Assembly (NCBI GenBank): GCA_965267295.1
Contig: OZ253946.1
Coordinates: 3,600,338 to 3,664,337 of the forward strand
Direction of reading: 5' to 3'
DNA from: Pseudomonadales bacterium
GTDB lineage: Bacteria; Pseudomonadota; Gammaproteobacteria; Pseudomonadales; Azotimanducaceae
DNA length: 64,000 nt
Part shown: positions 29,613 to 38,012 of the stretch, one piece after another
How the letters are laid out: each line of letters opens with the position of its first letter
Numbering within the stretch: the first letter of the stretch is position 1
The notes under the pieces: model-generated
Told to the model about the DNA's origin: nothing
Databases searched by the model: none
What the model saw: only the letters and a program-made list of their open reading frames with translations
Program-made: the position numbers and the translations under genes

Positions 29613-30149
29613 GTGGCGAACCTTGTGCTCATCAACAAGCCCTACGACGTTCTGAGCCAGTTCACCGATCGCGAAGGTCGTGCGACGCTCGCGGACTACC
29701 TGCCGGTGCAGGGCGTCTATCCGGCGGGCCGCCTCGACCGGGACAGTGAGGGTCTCCTGGTCCTGACCGATGACAAGGCTCTGCGCGACAAGATCATGCA
29801 TCCGCGACACAAGATGAGTAAGTCGTACTGGGTGCAGGTGGAAGGGAACCCTCAAGAGTCTGACCTCGAGCCACTGCGCGAGGGGATTACGCTGAAAGAC
29901 GGGCTAACGTTGCCGGCCAAGGCGCGGGGTATGGCAGCCCCTGCCACCCTCTGGCCACGCGTGCCGCCGATCCGCGTGCGCAAATCCATCCCCGACAGCT
30001 GGCTGGAGCTCACGATCAGTGAGGGCCGCAATCGGCAGGTACGACGCATGTGCGCTGCCATCGGCTTTCCCGTGCTCCGCCTCATTCGCTATCGTGTCGG
30101 CTCCTGGACCATTGACGGCCTCGCGCCGGGCGAGTGGAGGCAACTTTGA
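29613..30149 (+). CDS. rluE: rRNA pseudouridine synthase, RluE-like (RsuA family)
   Basis: 178 aa with no S4 domain. [16 protein letters not shown] holds the catalytic Asp. The GRNRQVRRM segment is present. GTG start. Confidence 0.8.
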   Translation: MANLVLINKPYDVLSQFTDREGRATLADYLPVQGVYPAGRLDRDSEGLLVLTDDKALRDKIMHPRHKMSKSYWVQVEGNPQESDLEPLREGITLKDGLTLPAKARGMAAPATLWPRVPPIRVRKSIPDSWLELTISEGRNRQVRRMCAAIGFPVLRLIRYRVGSWTIDGLAPGEWRQL

Positions 30150-30685
30150 TCGACCCGCTTTATGTCAAACTCATGAGTACGTACACGTCGTGGCAGAACC
30201 GCAGCATCTACGCGGCCGCAGACACGCTGACAGCTGCCGAGCGGCAAGCGCACAAAGGCGCTTTTTTCGGCTCGATTCACGCGACACTCTCCCACCTGCT
30301 CTGGGGTGATGAGCTGTGGCTGCACCGACTTGCCGGTACGCCCGCGCCAGCCGTGCCGGATATCCCGAATTCCGTTGCCGCCTATGCCGACTGGGAGGGA
30401 CTGTGCGAGGCGCGCGCAATCTGCGATGCCAAAATGCGCGCCTGGAGCGAACGCGTCACAGCCGCGGAGCTGAACGGCACGGTGAGCTGGTTTTCAGGCG
30501 CCATGCAGCGGGACATGCAGCGCCCGACCGCGGTCTGCGTTGTGCAGCTCTTCAACCATGGCACGCATCACCGCGGGCAGGTGCACGCGTTGTTGACCCA
30601 GGCCGGTGCGCGGCCGGATGACACCGACGTGCCGTTCATGCCGGTTGCGGACGAGTTCTGGCAGCAGTGGGATCCGCCCGATTAG
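30134..30685 (+). CDS. DinB-family protein
   Basis: [14 protein letters not shown] and [15 protein letters not shown] give the His triad of DinB-like four-helix bundles. The start overlaps the rluE end (GTG 30134 or TTG 30146). Confidence 0.8.
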   Translation: MEATLIDPLYVKLMSTYTSWQNRSIYAAADTLTAAERQAHKGAFFGSIHATLSHLLWGDELWLHRLAGTPAPAVPDIPNSVAAYADWEGLCEARAICDAKMRAWSERVTAAELNGTVSWFSGAMQRDMQRPTAVCVVQLFNHGTHHRGQVHALLTQAGARPDDTDVPFMPVADEFWQQWDPPD

Positions 30686-30727
30686 CACCGATTTGCCCCA
30701 ATTCGCCCCAGTCCGAAACGTAGCGCG

Positions 30728-31120
30728 CTAAGACCGCGGCACCAGCCGCAGCACAATTCGGTCCGCTTCGAACTGCGAGACGATGGCAGGGTCCGTGACC
30801 GCCTCCGTCTGCATCTCGTGCACCACCGACGCGCCATCAAAGCGAATCCTGACTCTGGGATCGGCCTTGATGTGCTGATACCAGCGACGATCTTCAGCCG
30901 GATCGATGTAGATGTCCTCGCCAATCCGGAAAAAGCCGAGATTGACCGAATAGGGGTCTTCGGGATTGGTTTCGAGCTGCAGGACGTTCACTTCCGCATC
31001 CACGGCCGTCAGATCATAAGGTGCGGTGTCTCCCGGGATTGCACCTCCCGGGAAGACCATGAAGGGACCGGAGCAGCCCGCCACGAAGACACCAGCCAGC
31101 AACAAAATACATCTCACCAC
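30728..31120 (-). CDS. lipoprotein of unknown function
   Basis: Lipobox LLAGVFVAGCS. GGGGAGG SD 5 nt before GTG 31120. No family recognised. Confidence 0.6.
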   Translation of the reverse strand: MVRCILLLAGVFVAGCSGPFMVFPGGAIPGDTAPYDLTAVDAEVNVLQLETNPEDPYSVNLGFFRIGEDIYIDPAEDRRWYQHIKADPRVRIRFDGASVVHEMQTEAVTDPAIVSQFEADRIVLRLVPRS

Positions 31121-31223
31121 ACGAACCTCCCCGAACGACAGCGCTCACTGTGCCGCGCACCGAACAACGGCGCAACTCAACATTCTGCGGAGACGTTTCT
31201 CGCTTTTGTGGGAGATTTACGGA

Positions 31224-31520
31224 CTAGATCGCGTCGATCTGACGATCCCAGATGGTGGGGTCGCCGCGGTCGGAATCACTGGATTTCTCGACCTTTTCCG
31301 GAGTCTGCAGCTTCTGCAGCATCTCCAGGGAGTTCAAATAGCGCTCGAGTGCCGCCTCAGCCGCCTCGCGGCTGCCGAACGGTCCTTCTTCGGACTCGCG
31401 GGTCGAGAAATACCACTTGCCGTCCATGCAGAAGTAGCGATGGCCGGAGCGGAAATAGCGAACCGCAGATTCTTTTTTGTCACTTTCGCGCATGAAAGCA
31501 ACTGTACTGAGGATGATCAA
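31224..31520 (-). CDS. small conserved protein, DUF6316-like (family name from memory)
   Basis: Core DGKWYFSTRESEEGPFGSREAAEAAL. It shares this motif with the ORF at 45353..45745. Start is uncertain (TTG 31520 or ATG 31493). Confidence 0.55.
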   Translation of the reverse strand: MIILSTVAFMRESDKKESAVRYFRSGHRYFCMDGKWYFSTRESEEGPFGSREAAEAALERYLNSLEMLQKLQTPEKVEKSSDSDRGDPTIWDRQIDAI

Positions 31521-31600
31521 CGAAATACGTGAACTGGTTCACGAACCCCTTTGGGGTTTACAAACCCGGCGGACGGGTCTGAGGTACCCTCAGACCGGGA

Positions 31601-32437
31601 TCAGAGCGTGAGCGTGCCGCGGATGACCGGCTGTACTTTGCCGCCAACGCGCAGCGTTTCACCCACATCCAGGTACAGCCGCGACGGCCGGTTCATCTCC
31701 ACGCCTTGATCGACCACCACGCCGCCCAACGCTCCCCGCTCACGGCGCAGATACGCGGCAAACGCCGTATTGGCGCTGCCCGTTGCCGGGTCTTCGCGTA
31801 TACCGGCAGAATCGAAGAACATCCGCGAGGCGAAATCGGCGTCGGGCCCGTACGCTTCGGCGCTGAAAACGAACACGCACTGCACGCCAAGGCCCTCCGC
31901 CAGGAGCTCGGCATGCAGGTCACCGTTCAGCCGGGCGCTGCGCAGCGCATCCAACCCATGGACGGGTATCAGCACAAACCTTGGGCCAACTTCAGCCAGC
32001 GTCACGGGAAAGTCGCTGGCGAGGCTTGCAACCGGCAGATTAATCAAGCGGGCCGCGGTTTCCCGGTCGAGATCGCCATTGAAGGTCACCTCGGGCGGCG
32101 TCATCCAGCCAATCCCGTCGACAAATTCGACGCCCACCGGACCTACCGGCAGATCGAGCGTAATCGAACCCGCACCAGCGCAGAGATGCCAGGCGGTGCC
32201 GACGGTGGGGTGGCCCGCAAACGGGAGCTCCCAGGCGGGCGTGAAAATTCTCACCGTGGCGCGCTCGGGGCTGCGCGCAATCACGAAGGTGGTTTCCGAG
32301 TAATTCGTCTCCAGCGCAATCGCCTGCATTTCCTCGCCGCTCAGCGTGTCTGCTTCGTCGACGATCGCCAGCTGGTTACCGGCAAGCTTGGCCTCCGCGA
32401 ATACGTCGACTATGGTAATGGGGTAGGTACGCGCCAC
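31601..32437 (-). CDS. PhzF-family isomerase
   Basis: IVDVFAEAKLAGNQLAIV and ETNYSETTFV segments. GTG 32437 has GAAGGAG 6 nt upstream. The ORF-track start 32527 adds an Arg-rich extension. Confidence 0.88.
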   Translation of the reverse strand: MARTYPITIVDVFAEAKLAGNQLAIVDEADTLSGEEMQAIALETNYSETTFVIARSPERATVRIFTPAWELPFAGHPTVGTAWHLCAGAGSITLDLPVGPVGVEFVDGIGWMTPPEVTFNGDLDRETAARLINLPVASLASDFPVTLAEVGPRFVLIPVHGLDALRSARLNGDLHAELLAEGLGVQCVFVFSAEAYGPDADFASRMFFDSAGIREDPATGSANTAFAAYLRRERGALGGVVVDQGVEMNRPSRLYLDVGETLRVGGKVQPVIRGTLTL

Positions 32438-32630
32438 GAAAGGCTCCTTCGCATGGGGATGGGAGGGACGCACTTTACCCCGCGCAATCGACTTGTAAAA
32501 CCTGCGCCGGCGCGCCTTCGGCGTCACAAAACTGTGACATGGCGCAACACATTTTTGCGACCGTGATGTCCATCACTTCTCGAAATCACGATATCTGCTT
32601 CACTTCACATACCGAGAACGGAGCATCGCT

Positions 32631-33005
32631 ATGAATAAATTGTTCGTTGCAGCAATTGGCGTTGTCCTGGGCGGAATTGTGGTGGTCAAGCAAACCGGAG
32701 TTGCCGACGGCTACACCAGCACTGCAGACCGTGAAGACCTCAACCGGGTTGAAGTACAGTTGCACAAAGTGCAGATGGCGCTCCATCAATACAATTCTGA
32801 CCTGGGCGAAATCCCTACGGGATTTTCTGACCTGGTCAACTATGGCCTCCTCAAGCAGAGCGATCTGCAGGACCCATGGGGCCACGAGCTGGCGTACCGC
32901 AGTGAGCGCAGGAAGACTTCCGCTCACAAAGAGGAGTACGAGATATTCATCTACTCCAAAGGTCCGGACGGCATCCAGGACAACAAGGACGACATCTACA
33001 TTTGA
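32631..33005 (+). CDS. GspG-like (type II secretion pseudopilin C-terminal domain) protein without prepilin motif
   Basis: ALHQYNSDLGEIPTGFSDLVNYGLL ... DPWGHELAY ... IYSKGPDGIQDNKDDIYI follows the T2SS-G domain pattern. The N-terminus is a plain hydrophobic helix with no G-F/M-T-L-x-E cleavage motif. GGAG 7 nt upstream. Confidence 0.7.
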   Translation: MNKLFVAAIGVVLGGIVVVKQTGVADGYTSTADREDLNRVEVQLHKVQMALHQYNSDLGEIPTGFSDLVNYGLLKQSDLQDPWGHELAYRSERRKTSAHKEEYEIFIYSKGPDGIQDNKDDIYI

Positions 33006-33014
33006 TCCGAGCCC

Positions 33015-33036
33015 GCCCGGCGCCAACGCGCCGGGC
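33015..33036 (+). terminator. GC-rich hairpin, possible terminator after the GspG-like gene
   Basis: 9-bp stem GCCCGGCGC/GCGCCGGGC with loop CAAC, 10 nt after the stop. It is followed by TGCTGCTCTCCCTTTCC, an interrupted T-tract. Confidence 0.45.
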
Positions 33037-33095
33037 TGCTGCTCTCCCTTTCCTGCCAGTCAACAAACGGGATTTTCGTTGCCTAAATATATGCC

Positions 33096-33125
33096 TTGAC
33101 AGATATATATCCACATAGATATATT
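33096..33125 (+). promoter_or_regulatory. sigma70-type promoter of the arsR-like gene
   Basis: TTGACA (33096-33101), an 18-bp spacer, then TATATT (33120-33125). The promoter sits in the most AT-rich stretch outside the island. The ATG is at 33133. Confidence 0.5.
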
Positions 33126-33132
33126 TTTAGCC

Positions 33133-33456
33133 ATGAGCACTTTCAACACCCTGGCCGAGCCGAACCGGCGCAAGCTCCTCGACGCACTCGTCGATGGGCC
33201 GCAATCCGTTTCGGCACTGGTCAGCGCAATCGGCATGAGCCAGCCCGTCGTCTCGAAGCACCTCAAGATCCTACGCGATGCGGGTCTGGTGCACGTCACG
33301 CCGGATGGCCAGCGCCGACTCTACAGCGTCAATCCCGAGCCGCTGAGCGAGCTCGATGACTGGCTGGCCAAATACCGTGAGCTGTGGGCAGACCGGTTGG
33401 ATGCGCTCGAAGCACATCTGCACAACGCAGACGACCATCAAGGAGACAGGCCATGA
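33133..33456 (+). CDS. ArsR/SmtB-family transcriptional regulator
   Basis: LAEPNRRKLLDALVDGPQSVSALVSAIGMSQPVVSKHLKILRDAGLV is the canonical ArsR winged helix-turn-helix. Confidence 0.88.
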   Translation: MSTFNTLAEPNRRKLLDALVDGPQSVSALVSAIGMSQPVVSKHLKILRDAGLVHVTPDGQRRLYSVNPEPLSELDDWLAKYRELWADRLDALEAHLHNADDHQGDRP

Positions 33457-33971
33457 AAGACATCAGCACTCTACCCACGGATCGGCTGGGCAGCGTCGGC
33501 AAAAACGCGGCAGGCGAGACCTACGTGCAGTTTGTGCGCACCCTGAATTTTTCGCCGGAGAGAGTCTGGCAGGCGATCACCGATCCTGCTTCGCTGGCCG
33601 ACTGGTTTCCGGGCTTCCAGCTCGACCACCGCGAAGGAGGCACCTTTCAGATCTGGTTCGGCGGCGAGTGTGAAGGCCCTGCCCACGTCCAGGGCATCGT
33701 GGACGCGTTCGAGCCACCCCGGCTCCTGCAATGCGGCAGCATGCGCTGGGAGCTGGAAGCGATTGCGGAAGGTTGCCGGCTGACGTTCACCGACATCGTG
33801 CGGCTCAATCAGGACCATCGCGGGGATTTCGAGATTACCAACTCGGTGCTCGCGGGCTGGCATTTCTACATGGACAAGCTGGAAGACGCGATGACCGGGG
33901 CGCTGGATCCGGACGATACGATCGAGTATGACTATGCGCAGATTGAGCTGCCCGGGCGGGCAGCTCAATAG
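33453..33971 (+). CDS. SRPBCC (AHSA1-like) domain protein
   Basis: ATGA overlap with arsR and AAGGAGA SD. The ERVWQAITDPASLADWF segment is typical of AHSA1/SRPBCC partners of ArsR regulators. Confidence 0.75.
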   Translation: MKDISTLPTDRLGSVGKNAAGETYVQFVRTLNFSPERVWQAITDPASLADWFPGFQLDHREGGTFQIWFGGECEGPAHVQGIVDAFEPPRLLQCGSMRWELEAIAEGCRLTFTDIVRLNQDHRGDFEITNSVLAGWHFYMDKLEDAMTGALDPDDTIEYDYAQIELPGRAAQ

Positions 33972-33975
33972 CACG

Positions 33976-34785
33976 TCAGTCCGCGATCGTCTGCAATGCG
34001 AGCCTCACCGCCGCGTCCGCGATGTAAGCAAGATCGGTATCGACCGTGACGGCGCTTGCCGAGCATACGAGGGAGGTGAACCCCTCTGTGTGCCAGGTGA
34101 AATGCTCACTCGCCGCAGGCAACGCTGCCGGCGTCGGCCAGGGGGTACAGTAGAGGTACGGCTCCGCATAGCTGCCGTCACCCGGGGACAGCCCCACGCC
34201 CACCGAACGCGCGGTTTCCGGGTTACCCCGATCCAGGACAAAGAGGGTCGCCAGATCATAGTGGTGCGGCCAGCACCGCACGGCCGGCGCTACCACGGCG
34301 CTGTCTCCGTGCAGCGCCACGAGGCCATCGAGCAGTTCCTGCGCGGCACCAAACCAGCCCCCCAAAGTGCCGAGCGCCGTCCGGTTGCTATCCAGAGCGC
34401 CATAGTCGACCGGCTCGAGTTCGTAAGGCATTTGTGCCTGGCCGGTTGGCGCGAGCGCCCGGTCGACGAGGCGTTCGTCGCACCAGCGCTGCGCCTCATC
34501 TTCGGAAGACAGCCTCAACGCATCGATGATGGCGCCCTCTTCCAGCCAGATGAGCTGTCCCGTCGCGAAGCTGAACCCCAGCTGGATGCGTTGTGCATCA
34601 TCCAGAAACTGGCTGACCAGCGATTGGTGGTCCGCATGCCATGAGAGACTGGAGTGGCTGTCGTCATCCCGTGCGGGGAGATTGGCACGCGCGGCACGCG
34701 ACACCCACTGCACGGCCTGATGGCTCATCATCCGGACGGGTACCAGCGCCGTCGCGGCTACCTCGAACAGCGATCTATCCAACAT
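33976..34785 (-). CDS. conserved hypothetical protein
   Basis: 269-aa ORF with balanced composition, unlike the Arg-rich ORF on the opposite strand. GAGGGGG SD. 9 nt downstream of the Rieske::TPP gene. No family recognised. Confidence 0.6.
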   Translation of the reverse strand: MLDRSLFEVAATALVPVRMMSHQAVQWVSRAARANLPARDDDSHSSLSWHADHQSLVSQFLDDAQRIQLGFSFATGQLIWLEEGAIIDALRLSSEDEAQRWCDERLVDRALAPTGQAQMPYELEPVDYGALDSNRTALGTLGGWFGAAQELLDGLVALHGDSAVVAPAVRCWPHHYDLATLFVLDRGNPETARSVGVGLSPGDGSYAEPYLYCTPWPTPAALPAASEHFTWHTEGFTSLVCSASAVTVDTDLAYIADAAVRLALQTIAD

Positions 34786-34794
34786 CCTGCCCCC

Positions 34795-36771
34795 TCAGAC
34801 GAGCTCTGCGTCCGTCATGATTTCAACCAGCGCCGGACCGGGATGCGCAATGGCTGCAGCCAGCGCGGATTCGAGTTCCCGAGCGTCGGTCACCCGCGTT
34901 CCCTTTGCTCCGCAGAGCTCCGCGTAGTCGGCAAAGTTGGGATTGTGCAGATCCGTCTCCCAGACGTCCCATTCTCCCGCACGCTGTTCTTTCGAGATTT
35001 TGCCAAGCTCGCCGTTGTGTAACAGCACGTGAGTGATGTCCATGTCGTATTTGACTAGCGTCGTCAGTTCGGCCAGGTACTGCCCGAAGCCGCCGTCACC
35101 GGAGATAGAAATGACCTTGCGGCCACGGAGGTCTTCGAAGTCCTGGATCGCCGACCAGGCGCCCATGGCGGCGGGCAGACTGAAACCGATCGAGCCCAGG
35201 TAACCGGACATGAGGACGCGCTGTTCGCGGCACTCGAAATAGCGACCAAACGAATACGTATTGTTGCCCACGTCCACCGCTATTACCGCGTCCGCAGGCG
35301 CAGCCTTAGACAAGACATCAAACACACTGGCGGAATTGACGCCATGGCCGAGATCGTCGCCGCGCCGGCTCGCCTTCTCGTCACGCCAGGCGCGCCAGCG
35401 TTCGGCCAGCTCAGCCAGCTGATCTTCAGCCGCAGTCTCTGCAGGCAGCTCATCCAGCCAGCTCCTCACCGTGCGTCCAATCTCGCCGAGCACCGGGTAG
35501 TCGACGGGATGAAACTTACCGAGCTGCATCGCTTCGAAGTCCACCTGCAGGATCGGCTTTTTCTTCTCGATACCGGTGTGGTTGGAGAACGAGGAACCGA
35601 GCGCAACGATGAGGTCGCTTTCCGCCATGAACCAGGAGGCAATTGGCGTGCCCGAGCGTCCCAGCACCCCGGCCGCGTTCGGGTGGTGGTCGGAAATCTG
35701 ACCTTTGGCTTTGAACGTGGTGACCACCGGCGCATGCAGCCGTTCCGCCAGCTCGACGACCACGTCCATCGCCTCGCGCGCGCCATAACCCACCACGATG
35801 AGCGGGCGTCGCGCCTGTTGTATGGCTTCAAGCGCTCGAGCGTTCGCTGCTTCATCGGGCGCCAATCCCATTGCCCCCAGCCGGCCTTTCGGGGTCTGCG
35901 CAGCGGCATCTCCTGCAGGCAGGGTCTGCACGTCGTCGGGAAAAATCAAATGCGCTACGTCGCGCTCGACGATCGCATTCTTGCAGGCGAGCGACGCAAG
36001 CTCCGCATGATCAGAGCTCGGCAGCACAGCCTGACTGAACCGCGTCACTGCCTCGAATGCCGAATGCAGATCGATGTCCTGGAAAGCGCCTGGGCCAAAC
36101 ACCTGCGTCTGCACCTGGCCGGTCAGGGCAAGCACCGGTGCGCGATCCACCTTGGCGTCCCAGAGTCCCGTCATGAGGTTGGTTGCACCCGGTCCCGCAA
36201 TGGTGAGGCACGCTGCCGGACGACCGCTCAGCTTCGCGTAACCCGAGCAGGCAAACGCCGCCGCGCCCTCATGCCGGATGCCGACGTAACTCATGTTGCC
36301 GTCGACGGTCTGGCGCCGAAGCGCGTCCGCGAGCCCCAGGTTCGAATGCCCGACCATGCCGAAGATGCGTTTTACCCCCCAATTCACCATGGTCTCGGCC
36401 ATGACATCCGTCACCGTGCGGATGTGCGCAACCTCCTCCTCGACAGCGACGTAAACGCCGTCGTCGCGCAGCTCAGTTGCATAGAGCGCCTGACCGGCAT
36501 CCTCATGGCCACCCGGCGGTTTACCCGTAAGCGGATCGAAGTCCCAGCCGTGCCACGGACAGCGCAACCAGCACTGCCCCTCTACCCCTCGTTCGATCGA
36601 ACCTTCGCCGAGCGGTCCGCCCTGATGCGGGCAGCGGTTGTCCATTGCGCTGTACTGACCTTCAAAATGCACAAGCGCAAGCGATCGGGTACCGACCGTG
36701 ACGGTCTTGACGCGCCCGTCGGGCAGTTCGTTCGGCTCGGCAACTTTGTGCCACGTTGTTGTTGTCGCCAC
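34795..36771 (-). CDS. Rieske [2Fe-2S] domain fused to a thiamine-diphosphate enzyme (acetolactate synthase/pyruvate oxidase-like)
   Basis: Rieske motifs CPH ... CPWH (nt 36550-36633). These are followed by a TPP N domain (MAETMVNWGVKRIFGMVGHSN), a middle domain (RRPLIVVGYGA) and a TPP-binding C domain (ISGDGGFGQYLAELTT ... LLHNGELG). GTG 36771 has AAGGAGGA 9 nt upstream. Confidence 0.85.
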   Translation of the reverse strand: MATTTTWHKVAEPNELPDGRVKTVTVGTRSLALVHFEGQYSAMDNRCPHQGGPLGEGSIERGVEGQCWLRCPWHGWDFDPLTGKPPGGHEDAGQALYATELRDDGVYVAVEEEVAHIRTVTDVMAETMVNWGVKRIFGMVGHSNLGLADALRRQTVDGNMSYVGIRHEGAAAFACSGYAKLSGRPAACLTIAGPGATNLMTGLWDAKVDRAPVLALTGQVQTQVFGPGAFQDIDLHSAFEAVTRFSQAVLPSSDHAELASLACKNAIVERDVAHLIFPDDVQTLPAGDAAAQTPKGRLGAMGLAPDEAANARALEAIQQARRPLIVVGYGAREAMDVVVELAERLHAPVVTTFKAKGQISDHHPNAAGVLGRSGTPIASWFMAESDLIVALGSSFSNHTGIEKKKPILQVDFEAMQLGKFHPVDYPVLGEIGRTVRSWLDELPAETAAEDQLAELAERWRAWRDEKASRRGDDLGHGVNSASVFDVLSKAAPADAVIAVDVGNNTYSFGRYFECREQRVLMSGYLGSIGFSLPAAMGAWSAIQDFEDLRGRKVISISGDGGFGQYLAELTTLVKYDMDITHVLLHNGELGKISKEQRAGEWDVWETDLHNPNFADYAELCGAKGTRVTDARELESALAAAIAHPGPALVEIMTDAELV

Positions 36772-36794
36772 GTAGAGGGCTCCTCCTTGTTTAT

Positions 36795-37130
36795 TCAGGC
36801 TGGCTGCCCGTGCAGCTCCTGAATGTCTTTGTTCAAGAAATACGCGATCAGCGTTCTCAGCACCACGATGCCCGCGAGGAAGTAGAGATCCTCGAGCGTG
36901 CGGCTGACCAGCGAATGCAGCAGATCCGAGATGATCATGAGCTCCAGCGCGAAAACCAGATACGTCCCCAGGCTGCACCGGATCTTCCGCATCTCACCGA
37001 TTGCACTGTCCGCGTTGCGCAGCGCAATCGGCGCGAAGCGCACGATGGCCAGCACAAATCCGAGCAGCATGATAAGCACACCGGCGCCATCCACCACCAC
37101 CGCCGCCCATTCGAGCAGCTCGCTCATCAT
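36795..37130 (-). CDS. DUF1622-like small membrane protein (family name from memory)
   Basis: About 110 aa with 3 hydrophobic helices. ALELMIISDLLHS segment. The start overlaps the stop of the upstream flavodoxin-like gene (ATGATGA). Confidence 0.6.
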   Translation of the reverse strand: MMSELLEWAAVVVDGAGVLIMLLGFVLAIVRFAPIALRNADSAIGEMRKIRCSLGTYLVFALELMIISDLLHSLVSRTLEDLYFLAGIVVLRTLIAYFLNKDIQELHGQPA

Positions 37131-37885
37131 CGTTTGTGCTCCGGGCTGTGGAAGTCGGTGTGACATCCGGCCGCCCAGGCTTCGGGTTGATTGCCGTGCG
37201 CGGGAACACCACCCGCATCTTTCAACATGCGCGCAAGATGCAGACAGTTCCAGACGAGGAACGTCGTATTGCGGTTGGTGAAGTCGTTATCCGGACCACC
37301 AGATCCCGGATCCATGTAAGAAGGTCCCGGGCCGGCTTCGCCCATCCACCCCGCGTCAGCCTGGGGCGGCACCGTGTAGCCAATGTGCGACAGTGAGAAA
37401 AGGATGTTCATTGCACAGTGCTTGACGCCGTCTTCGTTGCCGGTGATCAGCGTAGCGCCCACCTTGCCGTAATCGCGGTACTGACCTTTTGCATTGAAGT
37501 CGTGGGTGTAACCGTACATCCGCTCCAGCACGCGGTTACAGACTGAGCTTTTCTCGCCGAGCCAGACCGAAGTCCCGATGATCAAAATGTCACACGCATC
37601 GATCTTTGCCTGGATAGCGGGCCAGTCGTCTTTCTCGTACCCGTCGACACCGGCATAGTCATGTTCGAGACCGGCCGGGATCTGGAAGTCCACGGGACGC
37701 AAGATCTCGGTTTGTACGCCGTTTGCCTGAAAGATACGCTCGGCAACCCTCAGCAAACCTTCGGTGTGGGAAAGATTCGGTGAGCGGGTCAGGGTGCAAT
37801 TCAGCATGAGCACGCTGAGGTCGTCGTATGCAGCAGGTGGGTTTTCGCACTGCGCGGCAGTCATGCGCTCGAGTTGTTCTGTCAT
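37127..37885 (-). CDS. flavodoxin-like fold / NAD(P)H-dependent FMN reductase family protein
   Basis: LMLNCTLTRSPNLSHTEGL and ACDILIIGTSVWLGEKSS segments. ATG 37885 has AAGGAA upstream. The ORF-track start 38242 adds an implausible Ala/Ser/Arg-rich extension. Confidence 0.75.
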   Translation of the reverse strand: MTEQLERMTAAQCENPPAAYDDLSVLMLNCTLTRSPNLSHTEGLLRVAERIFQANGVQTEILRPVDFQIPAGLEHDYAGVDGYEKDDWPAIQAKIDACDILIIGTSVWLGEKSSVCNRVLERMYGYTHDFNAKGQYRDYGKVGATLITGNEDGVKHCAMNILFSLSHIGYTVPPQADAGWMGEAGPGPSYMDPGSGGPDNDFTNRNTTFLVWNCLHLARMLKDAGGVPAHGNQPEAWAAGCHTDFHSPEHKR

Positions 37886-38012
37886 GTTCGTTCCTTGTTG
37901 TTTGTTGTAGTGCGCGGCTGCCGCGGTCGACAACCATCTGACTCTGGGGTTAGATGCTCGCCGAGGGGAGAAGGTTACAAATGGTTTGTGAACATTTTGG
38001 AAAGGCGTCCGG

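Noticed and set aside
33928-34644. A 238-aa plus-strand ORF overlapping the minus-strand gene 33976..34785.
   Set aside because: The composition is Arg-rich and there is no SD. The minus-strand frame has balanced composition, an SD, and operon continuity with the Rieske::TPP gene.
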